A DNA stretch of 64,000 bases from Lepidodermella squamata (taxonomy: Eukaryota; Animalia; Gastrotricha): contig JBLDXI010000032.1 in NCBI GenBank assembly GCA_047495785.1, positions 4,030,001 to 4,094,000 on the forward strand, written 5' to 3'. Below the pieces are notes generated by a model. The model had not been told where the DNA came from. It did not search any database and worked only from the letters and a program-made list of their open reading frames with translations. The position numbers and the translations under genes are program-made. Positions 38,254 to 49,086 of this stretch are shown here, piece by piece (position 1 is the first letter of the stretch; each line of letters begins with the position of its first letter).

Positions 38254-38568
38254 ATGGCTTCTTTCATCAAATTTTACACCGTTTTCATGGTCTTATCAAT
38301 GGCTATGCTTATCGTCAGCGCAAGTTCAGGGTTGAGGCTTCGAACTGGTCAGCGATTCGACAACACGTTAGCCAGCCGAGCTGATTCTCCGGCCTTCGGT
38401 GACGAGCCTGAATTCATACGGCAAACCTTTGTCGGATCAGCGCGCCGATACCAGCCATTCCAACAGCGACAGGTTTATTTCATCGATAAACCTGGTAAAC
38501 GCGCGCCTGAATTTCACTACAACCCGCGACAAATCTACAAAGTTCACCGTGGCAATTACGACTGGTAG
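38254..38568 (+). CDS. Secreted prepropeptide
   Basis: TATAAA at 38168; signal; RR-YQPF...IDKP-GKR amidation-type site. Confidence 0.78.
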   Translation: MASFIKFYTVFMVLSMAMLIVSASSGLRLRTGQRFDNTLASRADSPAFGDEPEFIRQTFVGSARRYQPFQQRQVYFIDKPGKRAPEFHYNPRQIYKVHRGNYDW

Positions 38569-38902
38569 ACTAAACGCAAAAAAATGAGTAATGTTATTTT
38601 TCTCATTATCCCATGAAAAGCTTAGTCAATTATTTCCGATTATTTCACGCTGCAATAATAAATTGTGTGTGTTTTTCCACTTTACAGAAAAGGTGTGGCG
38701 TGTTATATTACCTGTGTGGACAATCAGAAGTTGAAATTAGGCTAGGATTATTGTACACAAGTGAGTGGGCTTCGATAATATGCGTAAAAAACTACGCAAG
38801 AGAGGAATTTTAATTTTATTACCCGGAAGCTATTTTCCCGATTATTACCGAGTCTTTTTAATCACCCCTAATTTCGAGCATCGTTCTCATTTTTCGAAAA
38901 AA

Positions 38903-39136
38903 ATGAAATTCTACGCTTGTTATTCCATCTTCGCTTTTGCGATTGTCTTTTGCCTGTTGCAAAGTTTGGTTCGATGTGATGAAGAAGCTGTGGAAGACGA
39001 CGATGATGACAATTTGGCAGGTTACAACCCATTCTTCGCCCTAGCCAGGAAACGCGGCCTTGTTGAAAGCTACGATCGCGACCTCTTTTTCGAGCGCAAC
39101 TTGGCCCCGTTTGAATCAAGCGACGAAGCTTATTGA
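38903..39136 (+). CDS. Secreted acidic prepropeptide
   Basis: ATG 38903, signal ending VRC-DEEAVE, NPFFALA-RKR. Confidence 0.75.
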   Translation: MKFYACYSIFAFAIVFCLLQSLVRCDEEAVEDDDDDNLAGYNPFFALARKRGLVESYDRDLFFERNLAPFESSDEAY

Positions 39137-39352
39137 GTCACAATTTGCCGCCATGTCACTACAAACAAAAACGTGTTAAAACTCTGTTGTAGTAGTAGTT
39201 AGTTTAAAAGGCGCTAACCCCGACTCCCTATGGTTTTACTGCAGAGTAATTAACGCTGAATAAAATGTTGAGTGTATGGTACCAAAAATCGAACCAGTAC
39301 TACTTTTTCATATCATAATATTGTAAACTTTTGAGTTTGACTATTTTCGAAA

Positions 39353-39739
39353 ATGAATAGCTTGAAACTTAGCATTTTCGCTATGTCTTTCGCTGTTTTA
39401 TTCATCGCCTCGATCAACTACGGCCTTGTTCGCGGCGATGAAAGCGCTGTTGAAGAGGAAGATGTCGCCGAGAAGCCGCTGTTGGGTTTGTTCAAGCGAA
39501 GCGATGAAGAAGAAGAAACGCCTGAAAATCCTCTCTTGGGCTTGTTCAAAAGAAGCGTCGACTTCTACGATGAAGACTCAGTCGGAGGATCAGATGAGCA
39601 AGTCGAGGAGGTGGCGAAGCGCCGCAGTGGCTTTTTCGCCAACCGCCGCTACGACGCGCCGAAAAGCAGCTACAGGCCCATAATCGATCACCACCACTTC
39701 AACAGCCCGGATCACATCGATGTCGAACAAGAGTACTAA
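39353..39739 (+). CDS. Neuropeptide-like precursor with repeated PLLGLF-KR units
   Basis: Signal ending VRG-DESAVE; EKPLLGLFKR and ENPLLGLFKR; KRR-SGFF. Confidence 0.82.
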   Translation: MNSLKLSIFAMSFAVLFIASINYGLVRGDESAVEEEDVAEKPLLGLFKRSDEEEETPENPLLGLFKRSVDFYDEDSVGGSDEQVEEVAKRRSGFFANRRYDAPKSSYRPIIDHHHFNSPDHIDVEQEY

Positions 39740-40132
39740 AGCAGCCTAATTGTATATTCCGGTTGACTGCAAAACTCATTTGAACTCGTGGCGTATTTGT
39801 GCGTTAAAAGTTGAAAAAATAAATATGTTTCCTTCCAATATTTGAATTTTCCTGGTGGGTCACGACTAAAATTACCTATTATACTAGAATTTATTGACGT
39901 GACAATCAGGCGTGCCCTTGATTTTAAATGCTCCTGGATCGTGGGACGTCAGCCAATATTGGCCTCAATTTTCGGAATGCAAATCGTTTTTTATTGGTTT
40001 TACATCACACCGCAATTTATGCCCACGCGGAAATTAGCCATTCTTTGTTCAAATTTGCGGAGGTGCTAACTTGCTGAGTGCAAAATAATTTTTCATTTTT
40101 TTTCATTGTTGCCGACCGATTGAACTGGTGAA

Positions 40133-40441
40133 ATGTCTCGCTCTTGTGTGGGTCTACTTGCTTTCTGCCTTTGCTTGATCGCCAGCACCGTCATGGCTAG
40201 ACCTCGCCAGCATGCAGTCAATGGCGTCTTTTCATCACTTCTATTAGACGGCGATCATGTTCAGCCGTTATCTCAAAACGGTGTTGACTTTGACGAAACT
40301 CTACAGCGAGAGGATCCTTCGTATGCCGCACCTGTGCAACAAAACTATCCGTCGGAGGACATGCTTGGTAGCGAATCGGCTTACATCCAAAAAATTGCGA
40401 ATTACCTACGCGGCGAGGATATCGCCAACTTTTACGATTGA
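40133..40441 (+). CDS. Small secreted acidic protein
   Basis: Signal ending VMA-RP; no dibasic sites. Confidence 0.68.
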   Translation: MSRSCVGLLAFCLCLIASTVMARPRQHAVNGVFSSLLLDGDHVQPLSQNGVDFDETLQREDPSYAAPVQQNYPSEDMLGSESAYIQKIANYLRGEDIANFYD

Positions 40442-40953
40442 AATTCGAATAAGCAAATATTGATTATTTAGCTTATTCTTGCTGTCTGCTATTCTTAAAC
40501 TTTAAAATTATCCCCGTATCAAATTCGTTCCTTGAATAACCCTTGTTCATTCCTATAGGCGCCTGATGATGACGCCTTAAAACTGCGTCGCGCAATTTAA
40601 GAAATGAAAGAATAAAATGTACGCATAATGGATTTGTTTCAATTAAAAAATAATTGGCTATTCTAATGTCCTAATGAGAACAGTCATTTCGGTCAGGAGA
40701 AAAGCGGAAGTCTTTAACACTTTTTTTACGGATAAATAATTAATTTCTGCCCAGACGCTTCCGTTCGCACTTGATTTCTAGTTGACTCGGCCGTGGCCCC
40801 ACACTTGAAACTGCGCATTTTTGATGAAGCGCGCAAAAAAAACATGGGGGTGTCTGGGCCGCATGCCTATTTAAAATGCGCGCGAGGTGACGATTAAAAA
40901 GAATCAGTCCGAATATAGTTCTGAAATATTAATCAGTACACTATTTCTTTAAA

Positions 40954-41502
40954 ATGACAACAGCTGTTAAAATTCTCATGCAATTAGCCGTTGTTGTAGC
41001 GGTTGTCTCGGCGAGACGGTCGAAAATTGTTGGCTCAGGCAATGCCATGGTGTTTTCGATAAAGCAGTCCGGCAATGGTGGGAATGTTGACGGTTTGGAG
41101 GTCGAATCACTCAACGGCCGTGCTATGCGCGTCTCACCAACGGTTGAGGTGATCAAATCGCAACGCTACAAACGTGGTGACGAAGAAGAAGACCACTCTG
41201 GAGCGACGATTGAACACGAGTCGAATTCAGAGTCGCACGAAGGCGATAGCGATGAGGAACATGGCGAGAGCCTTGAGGAAGTTGCGAAAAAACGAGCTGG
41301 CCCTGGAGCGGCTCGATTTCTCGCTACCCACCGGGCTCGGCGTTCCCCAGCTCTCGGCCGCCTGCGAATGAAGATGAATAAGCGCGGGCATTGGACTGCG
41401 GAGAACTGGGAGGAGAACGATCCTTATGGTGAGGACAAGCGTGCTGTTGGCACCGATTGGAGCCCGGCTCAACGCGTCAACAAAGGCGTGTTCAAAGGCT
41501 GA
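40954..41502 (+). CDS. Multi-peptide prohormone-like precursor
   Basis: Signal; KR, KKR, RR, KR, KR sites; acidic spacer; C-terminal Gly (VFK-G). Confidence 0.82.
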   Translation: MTTAVKILMQLAVVVAVVSARRSKIVGSGNAMVFSIKQSGNGGNVDGLEVESLNGRAMRVSPTVEVIKSQRYKRGDEEEDHSGATIEHESNSESHEGDSDEEHGESLEEVAKKRAGPGAARFLATHRARRSPALGRLRMKMNKRGHWTAENWEENDPYGEDKRAVGTDWSPAQRVNKGVFKG

Positions 41503-41992
41503 GACGCATTTCAATATTCAGCGATCAAATAAATTGCATCTCAAGCTCTTTTATAATTGTATCACCGAAGAATTAATTGCAAATAATTTTAAATAAAAGG
41601 CTTATAGATCTTACATTATCCAACTTTGTTCTTACCTTCTCCAAGTTGAAAAATAGAAAGTGCTTAGGTCGAAACTTAGGAAATCAGGATTAAATCGATT
41701 AAAGCTTCCAAATTATTTTACAATGAATCATTCTGATTTATTGATTTTTCGAAATTTCTCCATTTTTTCCCTCAATTTACGCGTTTCGAAGTGCAGCTTA
41801 CTATATCGGTGTTCTGATAAAGAGTGGTTTTATATAACCCTGCTTTCTCCGCCTTTTTTCAACACCCGAGCCGTTACGCAAAATCGCTACATTTTCACTG
41901 AATTGATAATTAAGCACCAGAGGAGGCCACAGAGGAGAGAAATGGAGGGAAATTTATTTAGTCCATTCGAGATTCATTCTTCATTCGCAGCA

Positions 41993-42529
41993 ATGGCTCG
42001 TTTTCTAGAACTTTTTTCTCTAACCTGCTTGTTCTTCGGAGTCGTCATGGCCCGAGGCGGTACGGAGGACGATGGCGGCACAATGGCGAAACGGCCCCGT
42101 CCAGCCGCTGGTCGGCACCTAGTTGAATACCGCGTCGGGCCTAGTAGCCTGGCGAAACGTTCGTTGCGCCCCGTCCTCGGGCGCCACATGTTCGATAAGC
42201 GCACCCCACCCTACCTCGGCTACAGCCGCTACGCCAAAATGCAGGCAATGAAGCAGGAATTCGGATCACCCACAGTGCAAAAACGCGGCTTCGTTTTCGA
42301 TGGAGATGCGCTTCAAGTTTCGAAGCGCTCGCCGCCAGCTGCGGCCGGCCGCGTGAGAATGACTAAGCGCATCCCGCATAAAGGTAAGCGTATTCCGCAT
42401 AAGGGTCGCGCATCTTTCTGGACCAATAGCAATCCAGTCTATCAACAAGTTGTCAAACGATCTACTCTCCTACAGCAGCAAAATAAGTTCAACAAGAAAC
42501 TGTTAGGCTTCGTCGGTCGATCGTTCTAA
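41993..42529 (+). CDS. Multi-peptide prohormone-like precursor with eight KR sites
   Basis: Likely ATG 41993 (MARFLELF signal); KR-IPHK-GKR-IPHK-GR and other KR-flanked peptides. Confidence 0.85.
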   Translation: MARFLELFSLTCLFFGVVMARGGTEDDGGTMAKRPRPAAGRHLVEYRVGPSSLAKRSLRPVLGRHMFDKRTPPYLGYSRYAKMQAMKQEFGSPTVQKRGFVFDGDALQVSKRSPPAAAGRVRMTKRIPHKGKRIPHKGRASFWTNSNPVYQQVVKRSTLLQQQNKFNKKLLGFVGRSF

Positions 42530-42768
42530 AATAATTCCTGTTTAATAATGCGTGATAATGAGCAGTGATCGGTTGATGTCTTAAATGATTCCGACCTGCT
42601 AAAAATCGAAAGTTTATTATCAAAAACACAATTTTTGAGACACCGCGGTGTTTATTAGTTTTCTGAATGCAAAATCAGTCCGTGCCGTATTAGTTGAAGG
42701 TTTTAATAAAACATGTGTCTGATCGCCTAATTAAATTTTAATTGCAATTTAAAAATAAATTTTCAAGT

Positions 42769-45492
42769 TCATGTATCATCCCCGCATTTTTGCGAGTTTT
42801 CAATGATTAACGGGATGAAAAGCAGCGTAGGACTGCCGAAGGAGATGAGAAGGCAAAATAGAAAGGTGAGATGATCGAATTTCGTGATGAGTTCGCCCCA
42901 TTTTAGCCCATTATTGATGTGGACGCGGACAATTTCTTCCTGATCGGCATCTGCGTCGTAACTATCCGCCATTTCGTCGTCAGAAGACGATGACGACGAT
43001 GATGACGAATGACTTGTCTTACTACCAAGCTTTATTGGGCTGACTTTATTCTGCGGCGATTCAAATTTGATGCTAACTTTTCGCTTCGTCGGAGTGTCCC
43101 CAATCGGAACTGATATGCCATTGCCGATTCGAACGTGGCCATTCGATTTCGGCCGGATGCAGGGTGATAAATGCTCGACATCAATTTCGACCCCTTCTTC
43201 GTCCACGGACTCAATAGCATATTTGTACCTCGAAGCACTGAATTCATCCTAAACGAAAGATAAAAATTGAAAATACCAAAAGAAATTTATGAAAAATCCA
43301 CCTTAACGTAAATTTGAATTTTCGGCGAAATTAATTTAAAATTTAAATTTTTTTGAAAACATTTTCAACTCACTATTTCTCTATCAATAGGCAAGGGAAT
43401 TGGGGTGATTCGCTGCCGATCCGGACTAAATAAGGTCATATCGAGTGATAGATAATCATTTTGAGTAGCTCGACTGATCCTTGTCGGCTGTTCCTTCGTC
43501 ACAACGGCCGCTGTGTTATTGTCGTTGATCGATTTGCGCCGACCATCCGCACCGTTGATTGTTATTTCAGGCACCTTCTGTTTCGACTTGCTGCTCGCTA
43601 ACAGAGTCGCAGCTGCCACTGCCACCTTGCTCGACGTACTCATCCGGCGGCGAGCTGCCGACTCCGATGCTGGCGATGGTTTCAGTGAAACATCGCTCGT
43701 CCGCTTCGAGGCCGTTCCTGCAGCCAGTAATCTGCCGGCAATTGGGGCGAAAGCAAGGGACATTCGTCGCATCGGGGCATTGTTAGGGGCCAACAACCCG
43801 CCGGCCATACTTCCAATGCCGCTTTTCACATCCTTATCAGACTTGACTGCATTCGTCGCATGGCTTCCACCCTCCAGAATCATTTGATTGATGCCACTAG
43901 GCATTTGTTGCGTCCATAGCAACGGGAAAACTGTCGACATTTTGTAGATCCATTTCGGCGGGGCGGAGGTCGTGCATCTCAACATTCGCTCAGCCACAAC
44001 TGATTGGAAGATGCAAATCGAACTGGTCACAATAAGAGCGATGATGTATTTCGACAATGCGGTGACAGCATCGCTAGACTTCGGCATTTCCCCAGTTACA
44101 ATTGTTTGAAACACGACTAGAGTCAGCATGTTCGTCGTGCCGAAGCCGACCCGGTCCGAGGTTGAATCAGTGCTAGGGATGACGAAGACCAGCAGCTGAA
44201 TGATGCTCAGAGTTGCGCACGGGAAGATGAGGTTGATGACGTAGAACGAGTATTTCCGCCGGACGACGAAGTTGTAGCGAACTCGGGTGAAAGTTTCACC
44301 GGTGAAGTTGTAAAAGTGATCGTAGACCACAGACTGGCTTTGGCACAGCGCCCATTGCGGGCTCGAGAACGCGTCGTCGACTACGGCAGTCGAATTGCGG
44401 TCAAAGGTCATTGCGGTCGAGTCAAGTGACCATGACTCGAATTCAAATGTACACTATAAAGCAGAAAATGTGCAATTTTAAGTATTTTCATTGCGAACAT
44501 ACCGTTTGAATGTCAAAGGGGAATTCGAGCAGCTTCAAGTCGCACCATGTTCGTGACGTACCGGTTGGAACGAATTTCATCGTCCCATCAAACGAAACCC
44601 TGACGACAAAGCGATTGTCCTGAAAATTGAGAAAAGTTGTCTGATTTTTTTTCAAAATCATGAAAAATGCCTAGACCTTTGAAATTGCGTACAGATGATC
44701 GGCACTATCTGAAATTCATACTCGAAATTAGTTTAATGAGAAATTTAATTGAGAAAAACTTACTGGTCATCTGATGAATTGAATTACAAGTACAAAAATT
44801 AGTGATTCCGAGACGTATCAGGGATTTATAAACTTACCGCAACATCAGGAAGCCAGATCTGTAATATCGAAACATGCGAAAAATGATGGCAGAATTTAGA
44901 TTCTTTTTACCTTTTCTGAATCAAAGGCCAGCATTGTAACGTTATCGTACTTCTTCGGATTCCTTTATGTTTATAATTTGGCATTGAATTATCAAATCGT
45001 TACTATTCATGAACTCACCATGTGAGCCGGCGATCTTCCCAAGACTGTTGAAATAAATGTAAATCGCTAACTAAAATTATGAAGGCAGTCACCTACCATA
45101 AACAAAGCTATGACGGACTCCAAGATGCCCTCCTTTTCGATAGTCGACTTAACTTTCATCATTAGCAGGTCCATTTTGATAACGGTCGGACGCTTCGGGA
45201 CCTGAAATTATCACTTGTAAAACGCGTCTAAAGTATCGCCGAAATTTCAGACCAATTCTTTGCGGTACGAATCAAACATAATTCTCAGCAAATCGTTCAA
45301 ATCGTCAATGTCATCATTGTTGGTTTGCGTACCCTCTGTTCATATAACAAAATTGATTGATTGAATTAAATGTAAAATTGCGGAATTCGTAAAGGACTTA
45401 CCTTCGTTTGCAGCCTTCATTATGGCCGAGCCATCAGCAAGGTGGCTGAAACAAATGAAGAATTGAAAAGCGGATATCACTCTGATCAGCAT
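42769..45492 (-). CDS. Cys-loop pLGIC subunit H (non-alpha), about 11 exons including a 7-nt microexon
   Basis: ATG 45492; exons reconstruct IWLPDVA-MTNSAD, CDLKLLEFPFDIQT-C; M1-M3 in ORF 43365-44411; M4 KFDHLTFLFC. Confidence 0.92.
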
Positions 45493-46059
45493 TGCTCCTA
45501 GCAGGGCGAATTCGCTTGAATATTCCGGAACAAGTGTCAAATGGGACAAAAAACCAGCGACCAAAACTCTGCGACTCAAGTGGATGTCATTTTTTATCAT
45601 TATTAGCGTATGCGAGAGCAGCTAATTAGAATAATTAATTGCACTCTAAATACTCCGGAAAAAACTCTCCCAGAAGCCTCACGAGGGCATTTTTCAGCGG
45701 AAAATCGAGCCGAAGCGTAATCTGATCTTTCATTCTGACAATTCCGCTTTTTATCTTAGCGATTTAATGGGTTAGATTACCATATAATCTAAATAGAACT
45801 AGAAAAAATGTCTAGACGTTCGTCGGCCTGCTAACAATGGAGAGAATTATGATTGATAAATTATGGCGCGAAAGTTATCGATTTCTTTACACGGTTAACT
45901 TCATCATTTCGCAATAGCTCAGCAAATTTCAGTGATTTTGGGACAATTATTTTATTGATTTAAGTGTTAAACAGCAAACGGAAAAGCGTATTTACGCATA
46001 TATACGAACAGAAACAGTTCAAAGGCTTTAGTTTATACTTTTTTAGTCATCTTAGACGT

Positions 46060-48546
46060 TCAGACATTGCCGCCACATGTTTCTTCCATCAAGGCGAGCG
46101 GCAAGAAGAGAATCATAGGTAAAAAGATGGCCAACGAGGCGCAAACTGTGAACGTAAGGCCATCTAGACGGGTGACAATAGCGCCCCAAGCTCGGCCGAT
46201 TTCGATCAGTTGAAATTCGTCGACTAGGCGTGACGTAGTTTTGCGCAAATTCGCCGAGTTGCGCCGGCTTGTGTTACCTGATGGCTGATTGATGACACCA
46301 CCCAACAACTCTGAGAACGGCTCCTCTCCGGAATAAGTGTTCGAAAGCACAGCGTAAGGCAGATATGGCCGAGGAGAGTTGATATAAGTCTAAAAAAATA
46401 TGGAATTATCAGGTAAACAACGGCAAAAATTCTCTCACATTTCCGAGGCTTGGCCTTCGAAAATTTGTGTTGAAGGTCTTGAAGTACTTGGTACCAGGCC
46501 GGAAGAGTCTCGTTTCATCCTCGCTGATGCAATCGGGCAGTTTCATGTAACCATCATCGACATTCTCCGACGCCGAGTGAATCAACTTTGCGGATTTCAT
46601 CGACGATTTACGCGCAACTCCGCCCCTCAATGATGTCATCCTACTAGCGTTTATCGAAATCGAATTTTCCATATCATCGTCAGGCAACGTGGCGCAAGCT
46701 GCTAGCAATGTCTGTGACTGTTGCGATCGGCGTCTCTGTTGATTATTCAGTGTCTGGTTGTGATATCTCGAATTCGATTTTTTCGCTGTCTGAGTTTTGC
46801 TGTTGCTCATTTGTCGCCGTTTTGCGGTCGATCGGAAGAAGAAATCAGCGCAGCTTGACCGCCGCTCCTCTTCATACTCGATGATAATTGATGGATCTTT
46901 GCCATGGTCGTCACCGGGTGGCGACAGCATGATGAGGGGATTCTGACTTCCAAAGCTACTCTGGTTGAGTAAGGTCGGTTTGTTCGAATTCGCTGGGGTG
47001 GAATAGCCAGACTGATTCGCCTCGCCCATGTCTTCCTCTGTTGGCTTCTGTGTCCAAGTGCTCAAAATCATTCCAGCTATCCCAGTTGGCAACTGGGAGT
47101 GCCATAGCAGTGGCAGACGGAGTTTAACCAGCCAAGCTGGCGGTGGGGTGGTTGTAGGACGGAGAAGTCTTTCGGCAGTTACCGATTCTAAAATTCCCAG
47201 CGCGCTAATGATGATCAGGGCGATGATGTATTTCGAGAGGGCTGTGACGGAATCACTCGATTTCGGCATCTCCTCCGTGATAATTGTTTGAAATACGACA
47301 AGGGTGAGTAGGTTCGTAGTACCAAAAGCAACTCGATCCGAGGAAGCACTGATATCAGGCAAAATGTTATTTATTTAGCCTAATCTATTTAGTCTTACTC
47401 TGTCGACGGAATAGCGAATACAAGAAGTTGAATTAAGCTCAAGGTAGCTGTCGGGAAAATCAGGTTGATGATGTAGAAAGTTGACTTCCTCCGCACGACA
47501 AAATCGAAGCGAACTCGTGTGAAGTTTTCGCCCGAAAATTCGTACAAATAATCGTAGACAGTTGCGCGGTGTTGGCAAAGCGCCCATTGCGGGCTAGCAA
47601 AGGCATCGTCTACTAAGGCATCCGAACTTGTATTGAATGTCATCGTACTGGAATCAAGAGACCACGATTCAAACTCAAAGCTGCACTGTGTGAATATGAT
47701 AATTGTCCAAATCTAGGTCAAATAAATAATATCGAAACTTACGGTTTGTACGTCGAATGGAAACGTGATGAGTTTCAAATCGCACCAAGTTCGAGCTGTT
47801 CCAGTTGGGACGAATTTCATTGTCCCATCGTGGCTGACTCGAACGACAAATCGCGTGTCTTTTGAAATCGAATACAAATGATCGGCTGAATTCGTCATCG
47901 CGATGTCCGGCAACCAAACTTTGTCGGAATCGAAGGCTAACACAGTCGTATTGCTGTATTCTCGAGGGTCCCTGTAAAAAAAAAGTTGTTTTTTTGCAAT
48001 TTGATGTCATTATAGCTTGTACCAAGTGAGTCGTTGATCTTTCCATTCCTGTATAAACCAAGATTTAACATATTTCAATTAAAATTAAGTAAGGAAACAA
48101 ACGATAAATAAGGCTACGACTGATTCGAAGATGCCTTCACGCTCGTTTGTGCTTTTAACTTTGATCAGAAGCAAATCAAGACGGACTGTGGTCGGTCTCT
48201 TCGGCACTAGTTCTTTGTGATAGTCGCCGAAAATTACGATAATCAGCTCGTTCAGATCGTTGCCATTGTCCAACTCCTGGTTTCGCCTATTCGGCGGCGT
48301 TGTCACTTCTCGATCGAGTTTAAGTGAATCTTCCTTTTTTATTTTACGGCCTTGGTAAAGTTAAACAATTTTAAGACATTTAATCATTTGAAAAATGCCC
48401 AACTCACGAGTTTCTTCGATTGCGTGTTTTTGAAGCATTAACTGCTGCTGTTGGTCTTTTTGAGACTTCCCGATTATCGCTCCATCACTTAGCAGCAGCA
48501 TTAAGCTGCTAATAACAACGGCGAAAAACGTAACTGTCAGGTACAT
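46060..48546 (-). CDS. Cys-loop pLGIC subunit I (non-alpha), multi-exon
   Basis: Signal at 48546; WLPDIAMTNSAD, CDLKLITFPFDVQT-C, SDRVAFG M2, M4 RLDGLTFTVC. Confidence 0.93.
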
Positions 48547-48897
48547 TTCATCGAACTAAAATCTAGTTCACTTGTATCGTAGAATTTGTCAGGATGTGTG
48601 CCAAACCAAGGCGCTATAAAATGCGGGCGGAGTAAGTTATTCAGCGCTGATGGACCTGACTCTTGCGAGAGAAAAAAATAAGCACAAGGACTCTCGCCCC
48701 TTGCGCCAATTTCTGGCAGCGCTAAAACAAAAATTCGATACCAATTTTATTTAGATAGATTTCCAGACAGATTTTTGCCACTTGACAAGTCAATAGCACC
48801 GACAAATTTTGGTACTTACAAAATTACAAAAATAATGCTTTCCAATTTCACAATTAATTTATGTTTAATTGAACATCCAGTTCCAGCGAAATTGTTT

Positions 48898-49086
48898 TTA
48901 TCCGCCTCGATTTCGAGCCGAAGAAAAAATTTGCTCGTTGTAGCGACGAATAGGCTGCTTGCCCTGATTTGAAAACCCAAGTTTTTCCAACATTTCATCA
49001 ATAGAACTGGCCGAGATTGGTGCCGTCAGAAGGCAGAAAATTGCCACCAAGGCAACACAGACGATTAAAAACTGATTTTTAAACAT
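48898..49086 (-). CDS. RRY..IFS-family small secreted peptide 1
   Basis: Signal; EMLEKLG...QPIRRYNEQIFS. Confidence 0.75.
   Translation of the reverse strand: MFKNQFLIVCVALVAIFCLLTAPISASSIDEMLEKLGFSNQGKQPIRRYNEQIFSSARNRGG

Noticed and set aside
24844-42529. Longer N-termini in the ORF track (24844, 25759, 27945, 29826, 35222, 38765, 41660)
   Set aside because: Extensions are UTR-like, and downstream ATGs give clean signal peptides matching paralogues
2392-47291. Numerous plus-strand ORFs opposite channel exons and minus-strand ORFs opposite peptide genes
   Set aside because: Antisense shadows of real coding exons, with no independent motifs
51-48546. Assigning nAChR alpha gene symbols, or calling the fragmented ORFs pseudogenes
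   Set aside because: No loop C CC and orthology unknown; the fragmentation is explained by short in-frame GT-AG introns wherever checked
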